DNA from: Eledone cirrhosa
Lineage: Eukaryota
NCBI GenBank assembly: GCA_964016885.1
Contig: OZ024745.1
Coordinates: 11,284,001-11,348,000 of the forward strand
Reading direction: 5' to 3'
Length of the DNA: 64,000 nt
The notes beneath the pieces were generated by a model. The model was not told where the DNA came from, did not search any database, and saw only the letters and a list, made by a program, of their open reading frames with translations. This document shows, piece after piece, positions 24,014-36,621 of the stretch. Positions within the stretch are counted from its first letter, which is position 1. Every line of letters begins with the position of its first letter. The position numbers were made by a program, and so were the translations under genes.

Positions 24014-24292
24014 ATAATACATCGAAGAAAACCTCTGGACTACATACACATACACATACACGCATATTAATACTTACTTACACGGAAACACGAATACACC
24101 CTCACACACATTTTTAAATACAAAAAAAGTGACATACACAGAGTGGGACATAAAGATGACCCACATTTTGAAAGGATATAAAAAAGAATGTGGGAGATCT
24201 TTATGCCTCACCTTGTATTTACATTTACATAAAATCACAATTCATCGTTTGTCGCCAACTATTTTAAAGCATAATTTCTGCGGAGGACATTT

Positions 24293-24585
24293 ATCTATAT
24301 ATCTAAAACAGAGAATATCTGTTTGTCTGTCTGTCAGCTCACTAAAACTCGAGAACCACCCAACCGATTGTTTTCAAACTTTACACATGTAATGCTTATG
24401 GTCCTGTGAGTGTTTTTAGAATTTTTTTTTCAAATTTTCAATGCAATAGGGACCGCATTAGGCGATTTAACGATATCTCTCTATAATTCTTAGTCTGTCT
24501 TTTTAGATAGATACATAGATATAACGTTGCGCCCTTATAATATCTGTCTGTATGTCTGGCTGTCTGCATTACGACATTATGACGC

Positions 24586-24590
<5 letters not shown>
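24293..24590 (+). mobile_element. Non-autonomous Helitron-like element fragment
   Basis: Starts ATCTATATATCTAAAA, followed by (TGTC)n and AACCGATT...CAAACTT. It shares TAATATCTGTCTGTATGTCTG...ACGACATT with the copy at ~32467-32790. Confidence 0.55.
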
Positions 24591-24677
<87 letters not shown>

Positions 24678-25079
24678 GTGTGTGTAAATATTTACTTCTG
24701 CGTTCACAGATTGATTTTTTTAGTTTCAGAAGATCCCGTTAAGGGTGAAAGCAGCGATTCTTTGCTTAAACTTTAATCTGTTATTTTAATATATATATAT
24801 ATATATATATAATGATATATTCGTGTACAGATATTTTTGCATACACAATAACAAAATATAAACAAAAGTATTTATTTCGCGATAAAGTATTGATTTTCTT
24901 CGCACGGAAAAAAACCCTGGTAATCTACGACGAATTGTTTTTATAAGCACAAAATGTAGACAAATTCCGATGCCGAGGTATTCCGTACTTCTCTGTACTG
25001 TTATATATATATATATGTCCCAAGGCTCTGATACCATCAACACTATAAACACAGAGCTGGCATATCTAAGAACTGACTA

Positions 25080-25135
25080 ACTACCTGATGAGGTCATAGC
25101 CATTCAATGGCTATCATCGAAATATATATAGCAGT
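25080..25135 (+). ncRNA. Minimal type I hammerhead ribozyme
   Basis: Reads ACUAC-CUGAUGA-GGUCAUAGCCAU uca AUGGCUAUCAUC-GAAA-UAUAUA-UA-GCAGU. Stem II has 11 of 12 pairs, stem III is palindromic, the triplet is AUA and stem I has 4 of 5 pairs. AAUAAA follows. Confidence 0.78.
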
Positions 25136-25683
25136 AAATAAAGGATTATGAGTTCATGCAATTGACTTAGGTTTCGTCACTATATATATATATATATATA
25201 TATATAATTATATATTCGTGTACAGATATTTTTGCATACACAATAACAAAATATAAACAAACGTATTTATTTCACGAGGCTCGATAAGGATAAATATATA
25301 TCAAATATAGAAGAACTCTAGAGCAAGTGAAATTATTTAATACCATTGTAGACAGATTTCTCATTATAATATTTTAAAACATAAAATCAGTTAAAGATAA
25401 GATTTTTATTTTGAGTAATTACCACATATCATTTTTGATATGAACATATAAACCTACACACTAAACACTCGACGCTATGAAATTTATAGATTTTATTGAC
25501 ACTTTCTTCTATTTAAATTTATTCATTAAAAGTTTTAATTAAAATTATTAAAAATATAAACTTATTTTTAATTTTTAATGTACAAAAATTCAACTCTCTT
25601 TAAAACAACAACAAAAACTGTCCATTATAAATCATTTTTTAGCCGTTTTATAAGATTGTATATTTAGAGATCGTTGATAATAC

Positions 25684-26322
25684 CATTGCTGTATCGAAGG
25701 AATATGGAACTTGGTGGGGTTGCTGGTTTAGTTGCCGACGACCCCACCATGCCACAGGTTGTACTGGGTTACATTGCTCTAACCAAGGAATATGGAACTT
25801 GGTGGGGTTGCTGGTTTAGTTGCCGACGACCCCACCATGCCACAGGTTGTACTGGGTTACATTGCTCTAACCAAAGAATATGGAACTTGGTGGGGTTGCT
25901 GGTTTAGTTGCCGACGACCCCACCATGCCACAGGTTGTACTGGGTTACATTGCTCTAACCAAAGAATATGGAACTTGGTGGGGTTGCTGGTTTAGTTGCC
26001 GACGACCCCACCATGCCACAGGTTGTACTGGGTTACATTGCTCTAACCAAGGAATATGGAACTTGGTGGGGTTGCTGGTTTAGTTGCCGACGACCCCACC
26101 ATGCCACAGGTTGTACTGGGTTACATTGCTCTAACCAAGGAATATGGAACTTTGTGGGGTTGCTGGTTTAGTCGCTGACGACCCGACCATACGACAGGTT
26201 GTACTGGGTTACATTGCTCTAACCAAGGAATATGGAACTTGGTGGGGTTGCTGGTTTAGTTGCTGACGACCCCACCATGCCACAGGTTGTACTGGGTTAC
26301 ATTGCTCTATCGAAGGAATATG
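25684..26322. repeat. 88-bp minisatellite, 7 near-identical copies, each with an internal GC-rich hairpin
   Basis: The period is exactly 88 (CATTGCT at 25684 and 26300). Each unit contains TGGTGGGGTTG...CGACCCCACCA. Confidence 0.97.
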
Positions 26323-27245
26323 AAAGTCCAGGGAATTAGAAGTTGTCTCATAAGAAATATAAATTCAACATCACACATTCTGTAATATTTCGTTTCTAAT
26401 ACGAAAAACGTGTGTACATACACACACATACATACACACATACACACATACACACATACATACATACATACGTGTGTGTGTGTGTGTGAGTTATATGCCA
26501 ACGTGCCATGTTTTTATATACCTTCCTAGGTACACAGTTTCCCGATACTGGCTAATATTATCGCCGCATCGATCAGCCTTTTTATATACTTATGCACCCC
26601 CCCCCCACACACACGCACACACACGCACACACAGACACACAGACACACACGCACGAGTTTCTTCACATCTATCACGCATGTATTCAAACACTCACACAAA
26701 CATACACCCCCCCCCCCCATTCACCCCCACCCCCACACACATTCACGCTCCCCCCCACACGTGTTTCCTCACATCTATCACAAATGCAGTCAAACACTCA
26801 CACAAACACACACACATACATACACATACACACACATACACATACACACATACACACACATACACACACACATACACATGCCTACTTATGGCTGCTTTAT
26901 CTACACGTGTGTATAGATCTGTTACGTGTAGCAGATTGACTCAGATCGATATTTATTGAACTCGAGTCTATATGTTAAAGTTAATAGTCAATCATACTTA
27001 ACGATAAGTATATCTACGTAGTCATTGAAATCGATATATTCAGATATAGAATATATTGATGATCTACTATGCTCTGATAGACATACTCTCGCCTGCATTA
27101 TAGACACTACACACATATACACACTCACATTTATACACACACACACACAGGCAAATACTCACTCGCATTTATATACATACAAAGGAAAATTGTTGACACT
27201 CGTGTATATATACCCACGCATATATTTATAGGCAAATACTCTCTC

Positions 27246-27318
<73 letters not shown>

Positions 27319-27524
27319 CCACTCACATTTGTGTACTAGGTACAAGTGAATAACGCTCATTTGTGACACAGACGGGATCAATATCCAATATATTTCTGTA
27401 TCATGAAAAATTAACGATCTCTCTCAGGTCATTAATAGATTCTTCAAGTAGACTCTCTACATCTCAGAAATTTTAATCAATAAACTTGTTCAATTTGAGC
27501 AACAAATGAAATTGTACTTCACCA

Positions 27525-27575
<51 letters not shown>

Positions 27576-27667
27576 CAAACATACATACACATGGACACAC
27601 ACACACATAAAAAAAAAAGTAAATAGGGGCTAACAAATATAGCTCTGTGGTTGTCCGACCTGCGAGA

Positions 27668-27728
27668 CATAACTTCCGCCTTAAACCATAACTTCCGCCT
27701 TAAACCATAACTTCCGCCTTAAACCATA
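27668..27728. repeat. 19-bp tandem triplication (CATAACTTCCGCCTTAAAC)
   Basis: Three exact copies inside a TCCGACCTG...CAGGTCGGA inverted pair. Confidence 0.9.
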
Positions 27729-27799
27729 CTCATCTCTCTCCAGGTCGGAATATAGCCGATCTCTTCTGGAATATATATATGTTTATCCCGGGTTCAATT

Positions 27800-28340
27800 G
27801 GGGGTAACCACAATATCTCAGGGCTGTGTTCATGAGTGATGGAAGGCAAGAATTTCAAAAGCTGGTGCAGTAATGTGCCAGCTTCAGCATGCAGTGATTA
27901 GAAGAAGGGGGGTAGGTGTAAAAGCCAAACTCGCTATCTTCAATTCGGTTTTCTTGCCAACCCTTACTTAGGGTCATGAATCTTGGGTAATGACCAAAAG
28001 AATATGCTTGCGAATACAAGCGGCCGAAATGGAGTTTCTCTGAAGGGTCTTTGGAGTCAGGTTACTCGATAAAGTGCATAGCTGAGAGACGAGAGAGTGA
28101 TTCCAGATAGAGCCGCTACTTCTCCGGAGAGATGACAGTTCTAATACTAGGGACATGTGGTGAAAATGTCTCAAGAAAGAATCGCTGGACAGATTTTACG
28201 GGCAAAACCAACTGGCAGGAGAGCCGGAGGCAGGCCCCAGTTGGATCAGTTGAAGATGGTTGCTTCTGACAGGACCCGTTGGAGGGAGTGTTTGAGGCCT
28301 CTGTCCCCGTGACCCTCTTAGTGGGTGAAGGAAAGAAGAT
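27800..28340 (+). mobile_element. Decayed 3' fragment of an RTE-clade LINE
   Basis: Stop-riddled frame ..VFLPTLT*GHESWVMTKRICLRIQAAEMEFL*RV.GV.LLDKV...IEPLLLR...GHVVKMSQERI..QI...PTGR.. is typical of the RTE post-RT C-terminus. Confidence 0.85.
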
Positions 28341-28924
28341 ACACTCACACACACACATATATATACATGTATATGCATATGTATTTTTATATCTATATAT
28401 ATGTGTATATAAACACACTCTCTCTCTCTCACACACACACATATATATAGACTCATCCACATACACACATACAAGCCGACCCTCCTTGCGCTGCCCAAAT
28501 CACACATATGGTACACATTACACACATTCAAACATTGAAACACATCCCCAAGTGTACTCCTCGATAGACATTTGTCATTATAGTCACTCAATTTCATTGG
28601 AATAAACAGACTGTGAAAGATCCATATACTCATATAATAGAGTAAAAATCAATGTATCAATGTTTATATAGCACTGAGTATTTTGGTCGGCTTCAGATCG
28701 ATATATCTATTAAGGGCTGAAAGAGAATTTCCTCATATACAGATCAATATCCGTATTTATTGACACACACAGACAGACAAACGCATACACACACGTACAC
28801 ATAAATACTCACATACAGGCATATACACACGCACTTGCACATACATACACATACATGCACACATGCACCCAAACATACACACACATATACACACATTTAC
28901 ACACACACACACACACACACACAG

Positions 28925-29180
28925 TTGACCTCCACGAGATTTGAACTCAGAATATACAAAACCAGAACAAATACTGTCTTGTCTGACACTCTACCGATTC
29001 TGCCAATTCCACCGCCCTTATTCAATCAAATGATTTTTGGCACAAACCCAGCAATTTGATGGAGGGGAAAGTCCAGCAAATTGACCCCAGTGTATTACTG
29101 GTACAGAATGGAAAGGGACGTAACTCTATCATGACACATGATGTCTGATGCTCCACCGATCCTACTGTTAGCCCACTACC
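28925..29180 (-). mobile_element. Partial tRNA-SINE copies
   Basis: Contains GATTTGAACTCAG, CTCTACCGATTCTGCCAATTCCACCGCC and GGCACAA...GACCCCAGTGTATTACTGGTAC segments. Confidence 0.75.
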
Positions 29181-29230
29181 TTTATTCAATCAAATAACAT
29201 TGATCCAATGGGAGGTAGAGGAAGGTCGAT

Positions 29231-30553
29231 TATATCGTCCCCAATATATATAGTCCCCAATATATATCGTCCCCAATATATATAGTCCCCAATATATATA
29301 TAGTCCCCAATATATATAGTCCCCAATATATATCGTCCCCAATATATATCGTCCCCAATATATATATCGTCCCCAATATATATCGTCCCCAATATATATA
29401 GTCCTCAATATATATCGTCCCCCATATATATCGTCCTCAATATATATAGTCCCCAATATATATAGTCCCCAATATAAATAGTCCCCAATATATATAGTCC
29501 CCAATATATATATAGTCCCCAATATATATTGTCCCCAATATATATATAGTCCCCAATATAAATAGTCCCCAATATATATAGTCCCCAATATATATAGTCC
29601 CCAATATATATATAGTCCCCAATATATATATAGTCCCCAATATATATATAGTCCCCAATATATATATAGTCCCCAATATAAATAGTCGCCAATATATATC
29701 GTCCCCAATATATATATAGTCCCCAATATATATAGTCCCCAATATATATATCGTCCCCAATATATATATAGTCCCCAATATATATAGTCCCCAATATATA
29801 TCGTCCCCAATATATATATAGTCCCCAATATATATATCGTCCCCAATATATATCGTCCCCAATATATATATCGTCCCCAATATATATAGTCCCCAATATA
29901 TATATCGTCCCCAATATATATTGTCCCCAATATATATAGTCCCCAATATATATATCGTCCCCAATATATATTGTCCCCAATATATATATCGTCCCCAATA
30001 TATATATAGTCCCCAATATATATAGTCCCCAATATATATTGTCCCCAATATATATCGTCCCCAATATATATATCGTCCCCAATATATATCGTCCCCAATA
30101 TATATTGTCCCCAATATATATAGTCCCCAATATATATTGTCCCCAATATATATCGTCCCCAATATATATAGTCCCCAATATATATATCGTCCCCAATATA
30201 TATTGTCCCCAATATATATAGTCCCCAATATATATATAGTCCCCAATATATATAGTCCCCAATATATATATCGTCCCCAATATATATTGTCCCCAATATA
30301 TATAGTCCCCAATATATATATCGTCCCCAATATATATAGTCCCCAATATATATATAGTCCCCAATATATATAGTCCCCAATATATATCGTCCCCAATATA
30401 TATAGTCCCCAATATATATATCGTCTCCAATATATATATAGTCCCCAATATATATTGTCCCCAATATATATATCGTCCCCAATATATATATCGTCCCCAA
30501 TATATATTGTCCCCAATATATATATTGTCCCCAATATATATTGTCCCCAATAT
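29231..30553. repeat. 17/19-bp minisatellite [(AT)n (A/C/T)GTCCCCA] embedded in a SINE remnant
   Basis: The GTCCCCAAT anchor is separated by variable (AT) runs. The flanks are SINE sequence. Confidence 0.96.
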
Positions 30554-30725
30554 AAAAGGCGAAGTTGACCTGAGTTGAACTCAGTACCCTGACCACTCAG
30601 CTAATCAACATCTCCCTTCAATGAAGTAATACGAACGTGATACTGTATGATCATTGTCCCGGCAAAATACTCGGCTATATTCTCAAAAATGAAGTAAAAA
30701 TCATTATACAGGGTGGTCCAAATAG

Positions 30726-31025
30726 GAGGAGGGTGCAGACATAGACAGCCTGTCACATCTATAGAAATACCAATGTGAGGAGGGTGCAAACATGGACAGC
30801 CTGTCACATCTATAGAAATACCAGTGTGAGGAGGGTGTAAACATGGACAGCCTGTCACATCTATAGAAATACCAGTGTGAGGAGGGTGTAAACATGGACA
30901 GCCTGTCACAAACTATAGAAATAGCAATGTGAGGAGGGTGCAAACATGGACAGCCTGTCACAAATTATAGAAATAGCAATGTGAGGAGGGTGCAAACATG
31001 GATATCTTGTCATAAACTAAAGAAA
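30726..31025. repeat. 51-bp minisatellite (~6 copies) derived from LINE coding sequence
   Basis: GAGGAGGGTG recurs every 51 bp (30726, 30777 and onward). The last copy runs in frame into an RTE-like RT C-terminus. Confidence 0.9.
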
Positions 31026-31165
31026 GTCTGGCACTCCAAATTGCCCCAAAGAATCAAAATCAAACTGTTCCTTGCAACTATTGAATCCATACTTTTGTAT
31101 GGCAGTGAAACAAGGACCCTGAGAAGTTAACGAGTGATGTAAACGATTGTTACACAAGTATGATG
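30968..31165 (+). mobile_element. RTE-like LINE fragment (post-RT region)
   Basis: NVRRVQTWISCHKLKKVWHSKLPQRIKIKLFLATIESILLYGSETRTL, followed by a decayed ..DCYT.. motif. Confidence 0.85.
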
Positions 31166-31322
31166 TTGGACTATAATATTGCACTATGATGTTGGACTAT
31201 GATGTTGGACTATGATGTTGGACTATGATGTTGGATTATGATGTTGGACTATGATGTTGGACTATGATGTTGGACTATGATGTTGGACTATGATGTTGGA
31301 CTATGATGTTGAACTATGATGT
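31159..31322. repeat. 13-bp tandem repeat (TATGATGTTGGAC)
   Basis: About 12 copies. Confidence 0.95.
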
Positions 31323-31694
31323 GTAGCGAGGGGACTTTGACGTTGCGGCCCGGTTTGAAACCGGCTAAGAAGGTATGTGATGTGACTCAGTTATGTGTTG
31401 TTTATACGATATACATCTAAAGCCCAACTAAGTTTGAAAATGAAGGTATTTATCATTTTTGTTTTCAATTTATCTGCCTATATATTGTGTACATTTCTGT
31501 AGTCTGGGTTACTTCTATTCTGTACAGATAAAAATATAATTTTATCATATACTTCGGTTGCTTAGCGCACAACTAATCATAAGGTTTATATCATTTGTAA
31601 ATGATTTGTACATATTTTTACTAACAGGCATATTTAATACAAAATAGAATTCTCCACTGAAAAGTACACATTTCAATGAATTCATTCAGCTTGA

Positions 31695-31870
31695 TAACAG
31701 CAATAACAACATTTTAACCTCCCACCTAAACCAGTTACTTTTCTGTTTATAACAACAGCAATAACAACAACATTTTAACCTCCCACCTAAACCAGTTACT
31801 TTTATGTCTATAACAACAGCAATAACAACAACATTTTAACCTCCCACCTAAACCAGTTACTTTTCTGTTG
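31695..31870. repeat. ~61-bp tandem triplication
   Basis: CATTTTAACCTCCCACCTAAACCAGTTACTTTT occurs three times, 61 bp apart. Confidence 0.93.
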
Positions 31871-32277
31871 ATTCTATTAACTACTTAACATTTCTTTTAT
31901 AAAACTTACCTATAAACTTTCATAAAAGAAAATATATTCTATAGATATTTTTTCCTTTAATTCCGAGTTTCCTTTTCCGTGTATACGTTTCAAACGAATA
32001 AACAGGACTTTATTCACTTTTCAAGTGAATAAACTTATGTTTTTATCCGCTTGAAACAAATTAAGAAAATATATCTTTTCAAATTTCAAAATGAAATTTA
32101 AAGAACATACGTTATGTAGAATCGTAGAAGATAGCAGGGCAGTAATAATTGTGTGTTGTGATGCTAGAAACGTAGAAAGATAAGATTTTCAGAAGGAAAA
32201 GAAACAGGTGGAATCCAGATAGAATAGGGGAAGAAAGGGACAACTGAGTAACTCTTATATTAAATAGCAGCAAATAA

Positions 32278-32461
32278 TCGTTTCTAATTTAGGACAACCC
32301 AACAAATCTTTGGGTGGAGGGAAAAATTCGATTAAATCGACCTTAGTGTGTTACTGGTACTTTATTTTATCGACACCGCAATAATGTAAAGCAAAGCCAA
32401 CCTCGGCGAGATTTGAAACTATGTTGTCCGACGCTCTACCGATACTGCCAATCTATCGCCT
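32278..32461 (-). mobile_element. Degenerate tRNA-SINE with an internal deletion
   Basis: TTACTGGTACTTTATTTTATCGAC...CCTCGGCGAGATTTGAA...CTCTACCGATACTGCCAAT. Confidence 0.8.
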
Positions 32462-32466
32462 TATTA

Positions 32467-32508
32467 TCTATATATATAAAACTGTTGTTGTTGTTGTTGT
32501 TGTTGTTG

Positions 32509-32565
<57 letters not shown>

Positions 32566-32790
32566 TGCGTCCTCAAAGTCGATAAAAATCCACATTTCTA
32601 CTCCGATTGACTTCAAACTTGCATTTATATATTCCTTGCGGTCTGAAGATACTAACTGCAGCTTTTATTTTTCAATTTTCTGTTGTTAAAGGGTTGTTAG
32701 GCGCCGGTTATCGATTTCCGTCGAGTCTTATAATATCTGTCTGTATGTCTGACTGTCTGCACAACGACATTCTGACGAACACGTCATTGC
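32467..32790 (+). mobile_element. Non-autonomous Helitron-like element fragment
   Basis: Starts ATCTATATATATAAAA, has internal (TTG)n/(GT)n and CCGATTGACTTCAAACTT, and is homologous to 24293-24590. Confidence 0.55.
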
Positions 32791-32910
32791 TGACGTATTA
32801 TCTTCGGTACATTCACACACACACACACACACACCCGCATATACATATATACTTATATATACACACATAAATATATATATATACATATATACATATACAC
32901 ACACATATAT

Positions 32911-32952
<42 letters not shown>

Positions 32953-33189
32953 GGAAGCTTAGTAAAATCGAAGCTTTGGCTGTGGGCAAGCAAAGTCGAC
33001 CTACAATATGAATGAGTTAGCAAAGCACTCAATAAGGGTAGGTCCTTAGAGTAACAACATACGTTTAAATAGCTTGGCAAATTGAACATTGTGGTAGATA
33101 TATATATATACAAACATATATACACATATATAGATATACACATATACACATATATAAATATACACATAAAAATATAGGTATACACACAT

Positions 33190-33236
<47 letters not shown>

Positions 33237-33271
33237 CATACATACACACACATATATATATATGCATACAT

Positions 33272-33323
<52 letters not shown>

Positions 33324-33629
33324 CTGTGTATATATATATGTATCTGTGTATATATATATATATGTATATATATATACACAGATACATTGTAGTTCGCTTT
33401 AACCCGTCTTTTATTATTCAAGAATCTTCTTGCCAATAAACATTAACCCTTTGTGCGCCATTCATCTAACTGTAGACCAACAAATGATGACAAGAACGAT
33501 GGCGAATGAATCTTCGAGGTAAGCAGTTTCCTCCCGAGATGTTAGTTCACGCGGGATTCTCTGCTACACCTTTTCATAATAAACCGAACAACGTACTGCT
33601 GGTCACTCCTCCTCCAAAAGCCGTACAAA

Positions 33630-33684
<55 letters not shown>

Positions 33685-33714
33685 CTCTCTCTCTCTCTCT
33701 CTCCCTCTCTCTCT

Positions 33715-33772
<58 letters not shown>

Positions 33773-33830
33773 CGTTTCTGAATTTGTTTAGCAAGATCCT
33801 TTATCTGAAAACGTGTGTTGAAACCGATAT

Positions 33831-34056
33831 TGTTATACTTTGGGAGAGCCAACACACGCACCAGTTACTTTCACTCCAATTTATTATAAATTAAATTTAT
33901 AAATTTAAGAATTTATAAATTTCCGGTTGGTTGGTTGGTTCCATAACCGGACGGTTGTTCATATATTGTCAAAGTTCTTTCGTCACACATTCAGTGACTG
34001 GGGAATCTTTTCTTTGTTTTGTGCCTCTCCTTGTTCTGTCCTACGCCATCTTGTTT
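33831..34056 (-). mobile_element. Second copy of the 8834-9108 element, with the hammerhead destroyed by an internal deletion
   Basis: Near-identical sequence, but it reads CACACATTCAGTGAC instead of CACACATTCTGTGACCTCTTCAGTGAC and has no terminal fold-back. Confidence 0.8.
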
Positions 34057-34377
34057 TTGTGTGTGTTGTGTGCTTAGTTTGTTATAAGAACAGTTTGTTA
34101 TAAGAACAGATTAAAGTTTAAGCAAAGAATCGCTGCTTTCAACATTAACGGGATCATCTGAAACTAAAAAATTTAATCTGTGAACGCAGAAGTAAATATT
34201 TCGAGAAACGTTGCAACCGAAGGAAAACAGGAAGACGATATTTTGGTTCGTGAAGACGTTCCCTGGTAATGAACGGAAACAAAGCGAGGATAATACGTCG
34301 TTATGTGGACCCGAAGAACAATTTCATGCAAAGACAAGACCAAGTTTATGGTATAAATGGAGTCGTTAGACTAATAT

Positions 34378-35104
<727 letters not shown>

Positions 35105-35168
35105 TATAATATATATTATTAATACAATACTATATTATATATTATTAATACGATAATATATAATATAT

Positions 35169-35383
35169 TGGTTTCTGATATAGGCACAAGGCCAGCAATT
35201 TTGGGTGAGGGGATGTCGATTAAATCGACTCCAGTGCGTGACTGGTACTTTATTTTATCGACTCCGTAAGGATGAAAGGTAAAGTTAACCTCGGTGGGAT
35301 TTTAACTCAGATAATAAAGGGCCGTAACTCTATGCTGCAGAGCATGGCGTCCGACCCTCTACCGATACTGCCAATCCATCGCC
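35169..35383 (-). mobile_element. tRNA-derived SINE (long subfamily)
   Basis: Full-length match to the family, including the GGGGATGTCGATTAAATCGAC insert. Confidence 0.9.
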
Positions 35384-35626
35384 TTATTATATAATATATT
35401 ATTAATACGATATTATATAATATATTAATATGATGTACATTATATATATGTCACCAGAAGGTGCCCAAAGTTGATTGGGCGTTTAGGGTTGAAGGTGGAA
35501 ACAATGAACGCTGGACACCGTCTGATGACAGCTCCTGGTCAAGGTTAAATTCACAGGAAGTGAATGAATTTGAAACATCTTGGTGTAAATATGCTTCTAT
35601 AATAATATATAACATATAATATAGAA

Positions 35627-35815
35627 TTGTTTCTACTTTTGGCACAAGGCCAGCAATTATCCCAATGTATTACTGGTACTTTATTTTATCGACCCCGTAA
35701 GGATGAAAGGCAAAGTTAACCTCGGTGGGATTTGAACTCAGACCGTAAAGGGGCGTAACTCTATGCTACAAAGCACGGCGTCCGACCCTCTACCGATACT
35801 GCCAATCCACTGCCC
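35627..35815 (-). mobile_element. tRNA-derived SINE with TSD
   Basis: Full-length copy. AACATATAATATA occurs at 35611-35623 and 35816-35828. Confidence 0.92.
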
Positions 35816-35907
35816 AACATATAATATATATATATATATAATATATTATATATATAACTTTTAAGATATTATAAGTTATATATATAATATATTATATATT
35901 ATATATA

Positions 35908-36093
35908 GGGCGGTGAATTGGCAGTATCAGTAGAGGGTTGGACTCCATGCTTTCTAGCATAGTTACGTCCCTTTACGGTTTGAGTTCAAATCCCGCCGAG
36001 GTTAACTTTGCCTTTCATCCTTACGGGGTCGATAAAATAAAGTACCAGTAGTGTACTGGGTAATTGCTGGCCTTGTGCCAAAAGTAGAAACAA
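35908..36093 (+). mobile_element. tRNA-derived SINE (sense orientation)
   Basis: Starts GGGCGGTGAATTGGCAGTATCAG (A box). B box GAGTTCAAATCC is at 35982-35993. It ends GTGCCAAAAGTAGAAACAA. Confidence 0.93.
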
Positions 36094-36558
36094 TTATATA
36101 TATAATATATTATATATATAATATATTATATATTATATATATATTATATATATAATATATTATATATTATATATATAATATATTATATATAAAACTTATA
36201 ATATATTATAAGTTATATATATAATATATTATATATTATATATTATATATTATATATATAATATATTATATATAAAACTTATAATATATTATAAGTTATA
36301 TATATAATATATTATATATTATATATATAATATATTATATATAAAACTTATAATATATTATAAGTTATATATATAATATATTATATATATAATATATAAT
36401 ATATTATATATATAACTTATAATATATTATATATTATACACATAATATATTATATATATAATATATAATATATTATATATTATATATATAACTTATAATA
36501 TATATATATAATATATAATATATTATATATATAATATATTATATATTATATATTATAT
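36094..36558. repeat. Almost pure A/T degenerate palindromic repeat
   Basis: TATATAATATATTATATA and AACTTATAATATATTATAAGTT motifs recur. Confidence 0.93.
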
Positions 36559-36621
36559 GTCACTCTACTTGTACTGAGTCTAGTTTTTCCGGTTTGTGCA
36601 ACACCCCCTCCCCACTTACAA

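Noticed and set aside
24720-24765. CAGAAGA-UCCC/GGGU-GAAA motif, also present inverted at ~34125-34165
   Set aside because: Both copies have CAG rather than CUG and lack a valid stem III, NUH triplet and stem I. It is a dispersed repeat but not supportable as a ribozyme.
25684-26322. CRISPR-like appearance (palindromic repeat at a regular period)
   Set aside because: Whole 88-bp units are near-identical with no unique spacers, there are no cas genes, and the context is eukaryotic.
29190-30596. 468-aa, 381-aa and 365-aa ILGTIYIGD/YWG ORFs
   Set aside because: These are translations of the 17/19-bp minisatellite, which is open in all three minus frames because of its composition.
35908-36000. 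A/B boxes suggesting tRNA genes
   Set aside because: There is no cloverleaf. These are the tRNA-derived heads of multi-copy SINEs with TSDs.
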